64,000 nucleotides of DNA, taken from NCBI GenBank assembly GCA_028534125.1, contig CM052817.1, positions 70,620,001-70,684,000 of the forward strand. Direction: 5' to 3'. This document shows positions 48,200-62,899 of this stretch, piece after piece (the first letter of the stretch is position 1; every line of letters begins with the position of its first letter). The notes under the pieces are model-generated. The model did no database searches and was not told where the DNA came from. It was given only the letters and a program-made list of their open reading frames with translations. Position numbers and translations under genes: made by a program. Source of the DNA: Lama glama (taxonomy: Eukaryota).

Positions 48200-49515
48200 G
48201 TATATGTGTCATAAGTATATATCACGCTGAATTAATTTTCACAAACTGAACACATTTAATGCAGGTAGAAACCCACTAAAGAAACCCAGAAGCTCCTGTT
48301 GTGCCATTTCCTTGTCACTACCCACCACCAACAGCAATCACTATTCTGACAGAATAGATCAGTTTACCTGCATTTGTACTTTATATAAGTGTACTAATAC
48401 AAGTGGAACCATCCATCATGTGTCTAGTCTCTTCTGCTTAGCATGTGTGAAATTCATGCCAAATTTTGTGTGTGGTTTTAGTAGTCCACCGTGTGAGTGA
48501 AGCATTGTTTATTTATCCTACTGTTGATGGCTGTTTGTTTCCAGGAGTTTTAAGGTCTTGATTATACAAATAGTGCTACTAAAAACATCCCAGTGGATAT
48601 CCTTTGGTGAAAAATTGTATACATTTCTGTTGGGTGTATATCTAGGAGTGGAACTGCTATGTTATAGAGAATACACATACATTGAGATTTAGTAGATATT
48701 GCCAAATAGTTTTTCAGTGTAGTGCTAGCAATTATACTCCCATCAGCAATGTATGAGAATTTTCAGTTTCCCTATATCATCGCCAGTACTTGGTATTTTC
48801 CATCTTTTTCATTTTAGACATTCTGGTGGGAGGTGTAGTAATTTCACATTGTGTTTTAATTTGTACTTCTCCAATAATTAAGCTGAACTCTTTTTAAATA
48901 AATGTACTGGCCATTTTGCATCCTCCATAAAGTATCTGTTCATATTATTTTCTATTGAGTTGCCCTATTATTTACTAGGGTTCTGTATATATTATACATT
49001 GTATTGATAGGTAGATAGATGAAAGTTTCTTACATATTCTGAATGAGTCTTTTGTTACAAAAGTATATTTATTGCAAATATATTCTCCCATGCTGCATAT
49101 TGTGTTTACATTCTCTTAAAGGTGTTTCTGATGAACAGAAGTTATCAAGATCAATTTAACATTTTTTCTCTTTATAGTTATCTCTTTTATTGTTCCACTT
49201 AAGAAATCTTTGCCTGCTCCAAGGTCATAAAGAGGTTCTTCTATGTTTATTCTAAAAGTTAAAAGCTTTATTATTTTATCTTTCATATTTAGGTCTGAAT
49301 TCATGGAGAATTGATTTTGGGTAGGATGTGAGGTTGAAGTCAAGATGCTTTGTCTTCCCATGTGGATATCAAATTAACCCAACCCCGTTTATTGAAAATG
49401 CTTCTTTTCCTCATCATAGTACACTGTACCTTTGTCATAAATCAGATGACCTTTCATAAGTGGATCTTTTAAGGAATTTCTATTTTGTTGGGCAGCTTTC
49501 TATTCTTGAGCCATA
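48200..49515 (-). mobile_element. Old L1M-type LINE-1 fragment (3' UTR and ORF2 end)
   Basis: Typical degenerate L1M text (atatctaggagtggaactgct, tactcccatcagcaatgtatgaga, ttgcaaatatattctccca); ORF 49116-49361 has decayed ORF2 similarity (EEPLYDLGAGKDFL). Confidence 0.85.
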
Positions 49516-49914
49516 GTAAGATTTTCTTTGTCTTTGGACAGAAATAGTAGCAGAAAATATAAACTCTAGAGGCATCAATATATTTTTTTCTGGCTCTTGA
49601 AGATGAAGTCATGTCTCAGGGCTCAGCCTACCTGAGGAATTGGAGCCTTTCAGAGTTACCTTCAATCTCTCACCTTCATCTTTGGCAGGGTCGGGGGACA
49701 AGGACAAGTCTAGACAGGAGTAAAGCCAAGGTCCTAGCAAAGTACTGCTTCTGAGTTCCCAGTGGAGAGTGCTTTGTCACTTGAGGTGGGAATGTAGGAG
49801 TGCTCCACCTACCAAAACATCTGCTACTAATACCAGCTACAGAGGAACTGTACTAAATTCCCATTCTTGGTTGCAGCATGTCTGGTAACAGTTGTGAGGT
49901 TATCATGATATTAA

Positions 49915-50130
49915 TAATAGCAATAACATCATGTCATATTTTGTGTATTTTGCCATCAACTAAGAACTTTCACCTGTTACTGCATTTAATCTTCTCCCAA
50001 ACTAACGAGGAAAGTATTATGATATTCCTTTTATAGATGCCAGAAATAAAACTCAAAGATTATCAAGGTTAGGCCTCTTGTAAGTGAGTTAGCCGGGACT
50101 CTAACCTCATCGGTGTGACTGAGTGCAGTC
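49915..50130 (-). mobile_element. MIR
   Basis: gcatttaatcttctcccaaac...ccttttatagatgccagaaat. Confidence 0.5.
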
Positions 50131-52774
50131 TAAGGGATGCTAAGTGCTGGGATGCAGTTCCAGAACTAGACGCTCAGAGAGGCTGCTATCCGTGTACCTC
50201 GTGCCTACTCTCAAATGCCCCCTGGTTGCATTTTTCATGGTGTCATGGACAGTGGCCTCAAGATCGCAAGTTCAAAATCAGAGAAAGAGGAATTATAGAG
50301 AATCTGGGAGACAGAGAGGGGGCTAGGGTAATGGAATCAACTAGACAAACTCTTTTCTTTCTTACCCTTAAAAAAAGAGAAGCTAAGAAAATGATTTTTC
50401 TTAACATTTTTATTAATGTTTTCAGTGAATCAAGTAGTGAGTAATGAGTACAGTCTGTCTGCACACCTCTTAAAATTGTTTAGGAAATTTATTTGATCAT
50501 TTTTAACACACACAAAATGTTCACAAATGCCCTACAAGTAGGATTTTACTTTAGGTGGGGCAGAGGAAACCCGAAGAAAAGAAGGAGAGGATACTAACCC
50601 TCGAGTTTAAGAAATACAATGGTGATTCCAGTCTTGATTTAATTAAGTAGCATGCTGTTTAACTCTAATTAGATTTTTATATACATTTGGTGAACGCCTA
50701 TAAAGAGTTTGGCAATGTTCTAGGTACTGGTGGAGAATATGGTGGGATATGCTGATTTAGAAAAGCTAAACAGTCTGTTCTGGAAAAGCTAACTAGTCTA
50801 GCGCCAAAGTCAGACACTTCTATATACTAGTGTTAAGAAAAATGACGCCTAGAAAATCCAGCTACTGTAAGGTCACTCACAGTTACTGTGGACCTGTCCC
50901 CAGCTTCCCCTCCCTGGAAAAGCTTCTCGTCTTAACATTTTGTTTTTGCTGGTGAGATTTCAGAGGCCAAGCTTCTTATTGTATCAGTCCTCTGAAGGCA
51001 CTTAGTTAGGTGATATGGAATGTTTGAGGTCAAAGCTTTTATGAAACTATTTTAAGGAGGACAGAGAGGAATCTTTTCCCCACAGTCCCATCACTAATGC
51101 CAAAGCATTAGTCCACTAGAGCCCTAAGATAGCTTGCCATAAGCAAGGACGCTTAATTCATGAACACGTGAAAATCTGCATTTGCAATTGAGCAATAAAG
51201 ACTGCTGCTTCAAAAGCGGGTGTTTCTGAGCAGACAGAATGGCGTCCCGGCACCTGCCAGCCCAAGAGAGAACGGAAGCAGAGGTCAGCCTCCATTCACA
51301 GCTGTGGCGGCTGCTTCGGACACTCCAGACCGCACTTGTGCTCTCGGGATTAATGGCAGGTGTTTTCTTCTGGTCTGACTGAAATCCCACTCTTTTTTCA
51401 AACTGGACCCTCTTCACTGCAAATATGGGTTGAACTTGTAGAAAAATGTTACCTTAGTAAACACAGTATTTCAAAATTTAGGAGCCATGATTCTTTTTCA
51501 GTCAAAATATTATAATCAAAAAAAGGTATCTTTGATTATTAACTTTTAAACTTAAAGCTGGGTCATGATTTAAGTTACTTTCTTTGTCTTGCAAGAAAAC
51601 CACCCTCAAGCTCACTGGTATTAACTAAAGAATAGGCAGCTATACAAATTAATGAGTTATTTGAATTAGAGAGTATTTAACAATGGTGTTTTGCTGCTTC
51701 CAACTACATCAAGCTAACAATCTAATATTTAGTGGACATATATGTTGTTCAGGTATTAGTGTCAAAGGCTGGTTGGTAACTATTTGAAAGTAAAAGCCCA
51801 TTGCTAAAACTGGGTTGAGATCAGTGGGAAAGGAATATGGTAAAATTACTGGTTATAAATATGTGAATAGTGAGCCAGAGTTTCGTAGAAGGCTTCTTTT
51901 GGGATTCCTGTCCTTTTTGTCTGGTCTAGTATGTTGCAGTCAGATTTTATAATGTCTACTTTAATAAATAAATAAGACTATTTGAAATTATATTTCTAAT
52001 TAGTTTTATGTAATTAGTTCTAATCACACAAAATTTGAAGGTGCTAACAAAGTCTTTATTATTAGTGTTGTTACTCAGTAGTTGGAGCGCTTCTTTTAGA
52101 GCACTGTTAGAGTGTTATTCATTTACTACCAATGTATTTACAAATTTCACTGGCAAATTTCAAATTAACTCCTATTCAAATGACTTCAAGTACAGAACTT
52201 ACAGTAATCGCCAATTTGTAACAAGCCTTTAACATGGGTCTGTAACAATTTTAGTCTCCCAAATTCTATTTCTGTCCAAATAACTAAGGTTTTAGCTCTT
52301 TTTCCATGCTCTATTATCTACTTGAATTAAATGATAAAAGCAAATTAAAAGCACAATGAATAAGAAGCCACAATAAATGCAATTCAGGAAAATACTGGAT
52401 TTCAATCTACATAAAAGTTATTGAAATGTAGCTGGAAAGGACAGATATATTCCTAGGAGTTGGATATCTCAGTAAAGGCCTTTTATTCACGAGAACTGTA
52501 AATTTTGCTTCCTTTGAACTGGCAAAAGCTAAAGAGGGAATGATTTTTAAAAGACAGCAATCAAAAAAACAAAGTTCAATTTGCTAGAGGTAGAAAAATG
52601 GAAAAGGAGCAAACCTTGGAAATTCTTGGCAGCCATAGCTGTTGAAATAAGAATAGGGTCATCATTTGTATCCCAGAAAAGTGTAGATCATTTTTATTTC
52701 TGAAATCTAACAAACCTTTTTCTGATTAATCTTTTCATTACTATAGAATTATAAGGACAAGCTAGTTTCATTTT

Positions 52775-53380
52775 CTAAGCATTTATGGCCAAATATCAGC
52801 CAGGCGGTGTGCTCTGAGTCTGGAGGACAGACATGCAAATATAATTATAACTAGTGGAGTAAATGCCGTGTGGTGGGAGTACAGAGAGGAATAAAGGTAG
52901 GAGAGCTGGACTTACAAAGATGACATTGGAACTGGCTCTTGAAAGTTATCCAGGGATAAAGGGGACTGGGGAGGAGTGAGGCAGTTCAGGCAGAAGGAAT
53001 GAACATGCAGATGTGTGGAAGGCGTCCTGGATCAGAGAAAGATGAGGAGTTCAGAGTGGTCAGAACATATGTGGTGTGGAGAGTCAAGATGGGGAATAGC
53101 AGGAAAGAGAGATTTGGGAAGACTGGCTAACAATACCCAGGTCCCTGGGCTGGATTCTGTTGGCAATTTAACAAGGAGGTTGTGAGATCAAGTGTGCTTT
53201 ATGGAACTCTGAGAGCATGGAATGCTGCTCTTCTTCAGAAGTTGTTGCCTTGGTCCAAGAACGAGGTGGCAAAGACCTGAATTAAGATCACAACAGTGGA
53301 GACACAGGGAAAGTCCTAGATTTAGGAGGCATTTCTGAGGCAGAACGAACAAGACTGGCTGCCTGATTGAATATGGGGGC
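52775..53380 (-). mobile_element. L2 relic
   Basis: aagcatttatggcc...gatgacattggaactggctcttgaa...actggctgcctgattgaatatgggg. Confidence 0.6.
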
Positions 53381-53586
53381 TATTGACAGATGATCAACAT
53401 AGTTTAAGAAGTCCTATTCATTTGAACCTCACAATTTAGTGCATTTGAAGAGAAGTGTTGGCCTAAGCTGGTTCAACCCTGATAAACACAGTAGCTCCAG
53501 AGCCAAGTGTAAAATCTAGTTTTAGGGATGCATTTCAAATCCAAAGAGAGGGCTGGCATATTTGGCTGACCTAATCAGAAATAGCT

Positions 53587-53612
53587 GAGAGAGAGAGAGA
53601 GAGAGAGAGAGA
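53587..53612. repeat. (GA)13 microsatellite
   Basis: Direct read. Confidence 0.95.
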
Positions 53613-54552
53613 TTGAGAGACAGGAGAGAGAATTCTCTGTCATCACTCTTGGGTAAAAGCAGCATGGATGATGTATGCTTGCCATGCTGTGCTGCCACCA
53701 CACACAGGCCATCCTTCTATGTTAACTTATGAACAAAGTACATTTCCCTCACTCCACTTTTCCACTGTAAACTGAACATGGACTTACTCTATTTTAAAAG
53801 CTACAATTTCCTTCTTCTTTTAAAGATAAGGAAGTCAGAGTGTGCTGCACAGCTGTCCTCTGGGAGCCCAGCACAACCTCAGAGGTCACTGCATGTTTGA
53901 TGTCCATGTGCCCAGGCACTCTTGCAAACATTGCTTTATCAAAGTTCACAGCCTCCCAGGGAGGAAGGAAACACGAACTATCCAGTGTTCTGTTGTTTAA
54001 GCTGATGACTAAGCCTCAGTCCTGCTGATTGTAAGATTTCCGTTTTCTCCCTGACTCTACCACTAACTTGGCCCACTGTGCCAATGAGATAGATACTCAA
54101 ACCGTACAGGCATGAAGAAACTGAATTTGGTATTGTGGTTCTTAGCATGTATCGGACACTACACAAAATCATATTGTAAATAGTATTAATCATGGAAAAA
54201 TCTAGTATTTACTCGAAAAGTAGGGACCCTAGCTACTTACATGTGGATAAATCTACCTTGTTTCTGAATAAAATGTTTTATGCATTTAGCATAGGTTCAC
54301 CTCTAACTAAAATGTGAACATGTATTCTTCGAAGTATACACCTCAACACTGAACTCATATACATCATTTTCTGCTTTACTAGCATAATATATTTTTAGGG
54401 ACATTTCCTCCTCAAATCATCAATCTTTTGTTTGTTTCATAGACTCCCAACTTTGCAAATAACTTCAGCTAGTAATTTGGAAGTTTAAAACTTTTTATGG
54501 AAAATCTGATGTAAAAATGTAGGCATTCCTATATACAAGTATAGGTCACTCT

Positions 54553-54582
54553 GTGTGTGTGTGTGTGTATGTGTGTATGTGT
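54553..54582. repeat. Imperfect (TG)n
   Basis: Direct read. Confidence 0.85.
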
Positions 54583-54694
54583 AGATTTATGTATAATCTC
54601 TTTTAAAATGCTTCAGAAAAGAGTAAAAATAATAAGGAAAAGTATAATTTGGGGGAGTTACTTAAAAATTAAGTTCATAAAATGAATTATATTG

Positions 54695-54900
54695 GTGATT
54701 AAGAGCTCAAAGTTTGAAGTAAAACAGATCCAGACTGAAATCTTGGTTGTGATCACCTGTGTGATCTTTAGCAGGTTCATTAAGCTCTTTGAGCCTCAGT
54801 TTCTTCATCTGTAAAACGGGGAAAACAATGCTTACTGTTAGGTTAAAATGGAACACTGTCCACAAAGCAACTTGTAGAATGCCTGATTTACCAATGGTAA
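54695..54900 (+). mobile_element. MIR
   Basis: gagcctcagtttcttcatctgtaaaacgggga. Confidence 0.75.
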
Positions 54901-57129
54901 TGATTATGAAGCACACACTCAATATTTTAAATATTTAAATCATGGAAAACACAAAATAAAATTTATTTTTCAGATACTGAGGATTAAGAAAGTAAACATA
55001 TTGATTTCCTAAACTCAAAAGGCAATGTGGTGAGAAATGTATCAGGTGAATGATCAAAAACTTTTAGAGAATACACAGGTTTAATATAATTTACTTCAGT
55101 GTTCAAGGACTATTCCCAAACAAAACAAAGCAAGACAAAAACACTTCATTGTCCTTTTAGTCACATCACTTTAATGACGAAACAAGACTAAACTTTAGGC
55201 CTTAGAACTATCTAGTCATCCCTAGCACATAGTAGGTGCTCAATTCTTGCCGAACTGAAACACCCAGAAAGAAAAGAATGCCATAAAACTCAGTGTTCAA
55301 AGCAGCAACATATAAAAGAATTATACAAGAACCAGATTCAGTGTTGCTGCAGAAAAACTGTGTTTATTATAGTGTCAAACTCTGCTAAGCCAGGGAAGGG
55401 AATTATAGCTATAAACAGATTTATAGCTTCAGATTTTACACCTTTCGTTTTGTATTGAAGATTAAAAGAAATCCAGCAGAAAAGGGGGTTGGTATAAACA
55501 GAAACTTAAAATCTGAAAACCAGCTCCACTTTTTGCAAAACTAATTTTTTACAGCTCTTATTTTCTAGACATTTTCTGTAGTAAGATTGTAACTATAAGT
55601 TCTCTTGTGATGTCAGTTTGAGCCTTGGACAAGGGACTATATGTACCCATGATCAGTCTTAAATCATAAGCAGCTGCCATAAGGAAACAATTAGTGAGGG
55701 CTAGCACTAAAAGAAAGTTTAGAAAACCAAACATTAAAAAAGGTCTCTCAAAAGTAAGGCTGATGTAGCTCAATGGAGTTAAGGGCTTATAAAACAGCAG
55801 GAATCAGGGAAGCTCACTCTGGCTTTCTTTTCTAACACAATACAAATTAAATACAGCCAAATTACTGCTCCTGCCAATCAAAACCAAGAGGTCCCTTCTT
55901 TGTAGAACCATTCCTTACATCTAAATATTTTAAGAGATTGCTAAAACTATTTTTTTGTTGTTTAACTTTGCTTTTTTTTTAAAAAAAAAACTTATTTTTA
56001 AGAGGTCAAATAAAATGAACTCCATGGTGAAAGACTTGAAATCCTAAACATTCCTTGTGTTGAAAGAAAGTATCAACTTGCTCTCTAAATGCCCACAGTA
56101 GCCCCTGTGATTTTACAGCTAATGGTGTAAACTATCCTACAATACCCTTAGCGTCCTCAATATAATTCAAATGTATTCAGAGGTACGGTCATCTTTAAAC
56201 GATGGGTTTAATTTGCAATTGTCTATTTCTGCATTTTTCCTAATATAGTGTCCCCAAATAATTTTGCCCACACTATTTAAGAAAGCCTGGTTTGAAGGTT
56301 ACTTTGATTCTATGTTCACTGGTAGTATCTTACAGAGCAATATTGGTTTTGTGAATGATAACTGAACACAACCCAGGGATGAGGATTAGGATATCCCTTT
56401 GAGTCTAAGGGGATAGGCAGATGGAATGGAAAAAACAAGGGCTAGGTTTGTCTGTAGTTCTCGAGCTCCCTGTGTAAATTAGAAGCCTGATCTCCCTCTT
56501 CCTCAGCTGATGACTAAACAGATCAAAAGATTTTAATGCAGGCTTCTACAATCACCATGCTCTCCATCTCCAGATTTTCCTGTATCCTTACCTCCTCTCT
56601 CGTGGGACTGAAGGTAATGTTGGTACGTACTTCCCACTCCCCGCCCTGCTCTTTATCATTGTTCTCACTTGTCTCTTCAACAATTATGGGTCCCTTGGAT
56701 TCTTCCCCCTGGTCTCCAAACATGTTCATTCACTCCCCACTAAAGTCAAAGGGAAGAAAAGTTGTCTTTGCCCTCTATACCCTCATTCTAAGTTCCTAAC
56801 TTCTTACCATCTCCATCAAACTGCCCTAAATAATAGACTGGTCATAGAAAGAACAGAAATTGAATTTGAGCAAAGAGGAAGGAGGTAGCAGAGTAGAAGT
56901 CCTATTTTTACATTCTGGTTTGGGGAAAAATAAAGTAACATGAGTTGAAATACATATTGGTCTTGAGGGCATTTCTTTCCATTAGGAAGAAGAAAGCTGA
57001 GCTATAGCAAGGGAAACTGCTGAGCCAGTGGACGGGGCTCTGGAAAGGAGTTACCCTGGGCTAAAATAAAACTAAATAAACTGGAGCTTGGAGGAGGGAA
57101 GGCTAACAAAGCCCATAAATGTCAGGATT

Positions 57130-57910
57130 GCCCAAATTTGTGTCTAAACCTTTTGTCTTTTCACTTTACTCCCTTCATCAGCTATCAAATATACTATTTG
57201 GCTTTAATTATTACCTGACTTACGTCCTAAATTCTTTTCCAGGCTGCGGTCCTGCATTTACAACTGCTCACCAGATGTCTAAGCCAAGATACACCATCAT
57301 CAGCTCAAACTTCCCAGTTTCTACTGCAAGCCAATCATGCTTCTGACTTCCATACTTTTGTTTAACACACCGCTGCTCCTCCAAGCCTAAAGCCTCAGTG
57401 TTATGTCTGGTTCGGTAAATGGAATCCTATGCAAGTCCTATAGATTTTATTCTCCCTCAAATCCCTTGTATCTATCTTTCCATATTTGTTGCTAGCACCC
57501 TTGTTCCTGGAAAACAAGAATAGCCCACCAGCCTCTTTGGTCTTCCCTTACTCAACTCCATCCTACATACTTTCTGTCAGGCTATGTTTCCTAAAGCGCA
57601 TTTTTGTATATCATTCTTCAGCTTAAAAAATTTCAAGGGGTCATTTGTAATCTGCAATGAAAAAGTTGTTACAGGCCATGATCCTCCGTGGATGCAAAAG
57701 CTAATAGGTGACACGTTGTGGGAAATCTGCCTGTGTCCAATGTCCTCTATAATCTGCTTCTAACTTTCCTTTTTTGCCTTATCTCTAACCCACCCCTGCC
57801 TCCTTCCTCATAAGGATCCTCTCCTCCAGTCAGCCTTGAACACCAGCTGTTGTCAGAATTCCCCTCACTCTCATCACTTTCTATATCTTTGCTCATGTCA
57901 TTCTTTCTGC
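57130..57910 (+). mobile_element. L2 relic
   Basis: ctcaactccatcctacatactttctgtcagg...ttcctaaagcgca...ctttgctcatgtcattctttctgc. Confidence 0.55.
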
Positions 57911-58354
57911 AGAATAAACATCATCAATTATCATTTTGCTTGGAATAATTTCAGCACACTTTTCTTGAAACCTCTTACCTAGCAACCTGAGCTACGGAGC
58001 TAACTGGAAAAAACCACAGTAAGAACTTGAGTTTCTGAAAGAAATATTAGTCCCTGCAGTAAAAGCCCCATCTCCACCTCCTGTACAATCCCTATCATTA
58101 CTGCCAGTCACTGTTGACTCACCTCAGTGACCTCTCTGGCCTAAGCTTTACTTGACCCTCTTCTGGGTATGTTCTTTCTTCATTTTTGAAGTCCTTAAGC
58201 ACTTGTAGCTCTTAGTAAAACTTAGTGCATGCTTGCTAGGTTTAAGATGTATGCTTCACGCTGAACTAGCAGGAGCCTTGAGGGCAGGAAGAGAGGTGAG
58301 GTATAGATAAGAGAGGGAAAGGTAATAAGCACCAATGTTGGAGGTTTTAATATG

Positions 58355-58470
58355 TACTAGCACGTGATCTTTGGCAGGTCACTTAACCTCACTGAGCCTC
58401 AGTTTCCACCTCTGTAAGATGGAACAAATAATGGTTACCTCACATGGGAATAGTAGGACATAATTAAAAG
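58355..58470 (+). mobile_element. MIR
   Basis: gtcacttaacctcactgagcctcagtttccacctctgtaagatgg. Confidence 0.75.
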
Positions 58471-59439
58471 AACATATGGTCTTCTATAAATATTATTCCC
58501 CTTCCCCTCTTCTCTTCCTAATTTAAATGTGTAGCCTTGTACCTTACACATAGTAGGTGTCCAATAAATGTATTAGCGTATTTCCTGCAACAGAGGTTTC
58601 TAACAAGACATCAGAGCTAAAATTAATATTCCCCGAATAGCCTGTAGACAATAAAAAATTCAGATATTTTATGTCCAACACACTCTCAATTAATGCTTAT
58701 GAGGATTTATTTGACTTGGGCTTGAAATTGTGCCTTTCAAGGTTACTACCATTTCTCATTTGTTGACTCAGATGACTCTAGTTCAGAAGAGTACAGACTA
58801 ATAGTAAAAGAAATCAACAACTTCACACAATCTCTTCAAGATGAAATGAATGCTATTCAATGAAAGATTTTTTTCTCATATTGCAAACACGGGCAGACAA
58901 TTTTGGCTCCTTTCTCCCTTCTGCCTGTGACTCCAAACTTTTAGAAAAGGAGTATTCTAATTTCACTCTCCCGACCTTTTCAACACTGAGTTACTCCTGA
59001 AACCACGGCAATACTGCTTTGAAAACCACAGATGACTAAAGTTACTCACTGACCTCCCGATTGCAAACCCAATGACAAGAGTTCACATGCGGACCACTCT
59101 TCCTTCAGCTTCTTGGCAAAGCTTCCTGGTTCTTCCACTGTCTGATAGGGCTTTTTTTCCTCTTCCTCTCCTGTACTTCATAACTAACCCGCCCCCCTGC
59201 TGCCCCACGACTTCTCTTCCCCTGGGCATCTCACCCATTGCCACAGTTTCAGCTACTACTTATCTGTCCACCCTATGCCCAGCTGTGGCTGCCCTCCAGG
59301 ACAATGCCTCCTGCCGCCCACACATTTCCTCCTAGATGTACAGCTCTCATCTCAGATCATGACGCCCACCACTAAAACGCTGGTTAATTTTCTTCAGACG
59401 AAACTGCAGGCACTTCATTCAGAGTTCTGATGACCCAAA

Positions 59440-59610
59440 CTGAGACTGTACTAATTACATAAGGAGGCTTTCCTCCAGGCAGATGCAGTCCCCAAGAGGG
59501 CACACAGCCTTGGCAAGTGAAGCATGAGCTTCACTTTGAGACCACACCGGCCCCTTGGCCGAGTAGCCTTGTGCAGTGCACAACCTACACAAATGTAAAT
59601 GGTGGCCCTG
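59440..59610 (-). mobile_element. MER91-like hAT-Tip100 element
   Basis: Ends ccttgtgcagtgcacaacctacacaa...ggtggccctg. Confidence 0.6.
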
Positions 59611-60669
59611 AGTTTGTTGCAAGGAGTAACATTTCTTTCAGGAACTCAAAACCTCACTGTGTTAATTTTTCTTTTACAAATAGCTCCATAGCTCAGGTTG
59701 CCAGGTAAGAAGTTTCAGGGAAGCTGGGCCATAACTATTTTAAGCAAAATGATAATTGATGATATTTATTCAACTATATCAACTGAAGATGTATCACCTT
59801 TGATTTATCTTTAATTCCATGTATTTTTTTAGAAAAATATTTCCTGAATGTAAATTACTGTGATAGATTCTGCCTGGTTTAAGATCTCAAATAATTAATA
59901 CTGAATGAACTGACTGTAAAAAACAAACCTGAAATGCAAAGGCTTACATTAACTTAGGAGGTAGTGAGGTCTCCTACAGTCATTGTTAAGACTAGGTTTA
60001 TATGCGGTTTGGATAAAAGAGAAAAAATAGAATAAAATGTTTCTGGAGCTATCTTTCTACCTACTATTTTATAGCATTCCACTGTTTTAATCTCTACATG
60101 AACAAAGGAATATATTTTGTATTAAAAACGTGGTATCAATTGAAATACAACTGGAGATATTTAGAGAGAAAATAAATTTACCCAATTAAGAATTCTGCTG
60201 GATATCACAATTACCAAAGAAATCCATAAGAACATTATTTGTGAAATTACATGTCCATATATAATAAATTTGAGAAAATTTGTAAACAAAATTTTGAAAT
60301 TTGAAACACTTCAAACTGAATTAGTTTGAATTCACTGAAGAACAATATTTCTAACTAAAACTCTTTGATATCTTTAAAAAGAATAAGATACACATACAAA
60401 TGTGCACATAAATCTTTGTTTTAGATAGAGAATCTATACAATAAATATAAGAGTGATAACACTTTTTAATGAATTTCTTAATTTTAAGATTGAATTACTT
60501 ATCCTAAATCTCTGTATGTTCTGAGGCCATTATTCTATAGGCTATCTATCCAGCAGAAGAAATATTACTATAAGGGTAATATGTCTTCATGGCTTTGTCT
60601 CAGTGTGAATGCATATGTGAGAAGGTATGTATGTAGGTGTTTATATGTGCATGAATACATCTTAAACAA

Positions 60670-60870
60670 TAACACCTTTGTGTGCCATACCCTGTTCCAA
60701 GTGCTTCATTAAATCATGTATTAAGTCAAACCATCCATCCTTGTTTTATATTGAAAAACTGAAGGAAAAAAATAACTTGCCCAAAGTCATACAGCTTCCA
60801 AGTGGTAGGCCAGCATTTAAGCCCCAGTGTCTGCCTGTGGAGCCCACCCTGCCTTAACCCTATCCAATGT
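60670..60870 (-). mobile_element. MIR
   Basis: aataacttgcccaaagtcatacagct...atttaagccccagtgtctg. Confidence 0.65.
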
Positions 60871-61620
60871 ATTCCATATACTGCCTTAAAAATTAACTCT
60901 TAAAAGCTGATATTTTCAGTTGTTTCAGTCATTTCATCACCAAATGAATATAAAGTTATCTTTAAATCTGAATTGTTAAATATATACTTTATTCATCAAA
61001 ACCTTGTGCATCTTCTATATATCAACACTATTTAAAAACTGAGATACAAAAATGAGTTAGTTTGGGAATGATAACATCTTCCACATACGCTGATCAATGT
61101 CAGATTAATTATTCATGAAAGGCTGTATGGTGTCACCTTTATTCAGATAGAATTGAAAGGAATATATTTGATAGAAAACAAAGCACAAAAAATTGGCAAT
61201 AGAAGGTCTTCAATTAATTTCAGTAGAAAAGAATTCTAAGCTAAAATTAAACTTTGAGATAATGTTATACCAACCATTTCAATATACAAATGACCATGTA
61301 AAAATAAAGAAATATGGATTATAGTAAAATAAATAAGCTGTTCTATTGTGTGTACTCTTAAAGATAGAAGCTATTTGGAGTACAGTGGAGTCTTTTATCA
61401 TGTTAACCATTTACTTAATAAAATACAAAAAAAAAACCCCAAAACGTTAAGACATTAATAATCATTCTCTTCATCATATAACCACCACATCAATTATTTA
61501 TATGATATACAAAGAATGATAATACTTTATTAAGTCTGACATGATTTATTCAGGATGGAATACATTACTAGTTTAATATGACAGTTCTATTATGTGGTAA
61601 GTAAAATAAGGACTTTCTGT

Positions 61621-61680
61621 ACACACACACACACACACACAGACACACAGGCACATGCACATACACATGCACACACCAAC
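61621..61680. repeat. (AC)10 plus a degenerate CA-rich extension
   Basis: Direct read. Confidence 0.9.
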
Positions 61681-62899
61681 ACATGCATTTCAAATTTCTT
61701 GGAGAGTGTATTTGTCCTCTCCTTGCCCCCAAGTCAGATTACATGGATCTGACAAAGGCTGGACTGGAGCACAAACATGAAATATGGGAATTGCTAAAGT
61801 GTTAGGTTAGAAGGAGCTTAATATATAATTAAAAACATATGAACGTAAAGTTAAATACTGCCACTAAATGTATTTTTTTCAGGAATAATTCCTTATAAGG
61901 CACACAGAGCTTGTTTTTCATAAATTTTAGTAAAATGTGAAATGGCAACAATGATATCAGAACAACAACAACAAAGTAAAAAAGGATTTGGGGAAAAAGG
62001 CAAAGTGACATGGTCCACTTCTTCTCAAGTGCATCTGAACAAGTACAAATGAAAGCCACACGCCTCCATGTGCAGTTGTCTGATGGTATTTGCTTGTGGT
62101 TTTCTCTTGCATTTTTTTCTCACTGAGTAATACAGAATTACACCACACACACAACTTTAGTCCTCCAAATTCCTAAGAGAATTATACCTCCTTTATGTTC
62201 ACATGCAACTCCAAAGGGGAGTTATGAGGAGGACTTTAAAACTCTAAAACTTTCATGCAAAAGAAAATGCCTTTGGTTATGGAAGGGGTACCTTTCACTT
62301 AATATAATGGTTCCACTATTTCATTATCCTGATATACTTATGGAGCTATTTAGGGCAAAGAGAAGGCCAATATATTTTTATAAAGTGTACAAAATTGAAC
62401 CCTGAGAAGGTTTTTTAAAAACTAGCTTTTATAATTTGTATTAAATTATCTATTAGTGGAGGAACATTATTGCATTAGCAAGTGGTGTTACACAGAACCA
62501 CCACGAACTACTTTCTATAGCTGTCTTGATTGTTAAAAATCAAATCTAAACTTTGAACCCTACAAATAACTTGTTACAAAATAAAGTAACATATCATAGG
62601 TATGACCCTGGGCTAAGGCTATCTGTTTATTTTCATCAAAGATTAAATATATATGAATAAACTACTATAATGAAGGGAAACAAAGGTATCCAAACCCTCC
62701 AAACCATGTGGATATGAGACATTGACATCAATAAATGTTCAGTAAAATCTCAGAGCTTAGAAACCTCAGACCTGTTTTACTTGGCATTACTGATGACACA
62801 TGGTATTACTGACTGGCATTTAGAATTATGAAAAGCTGATAATTTTCTCTCCTTTTCAGCTTCCCTTTCCTTAAGATTTTGTGTGTACTATATGCAACT

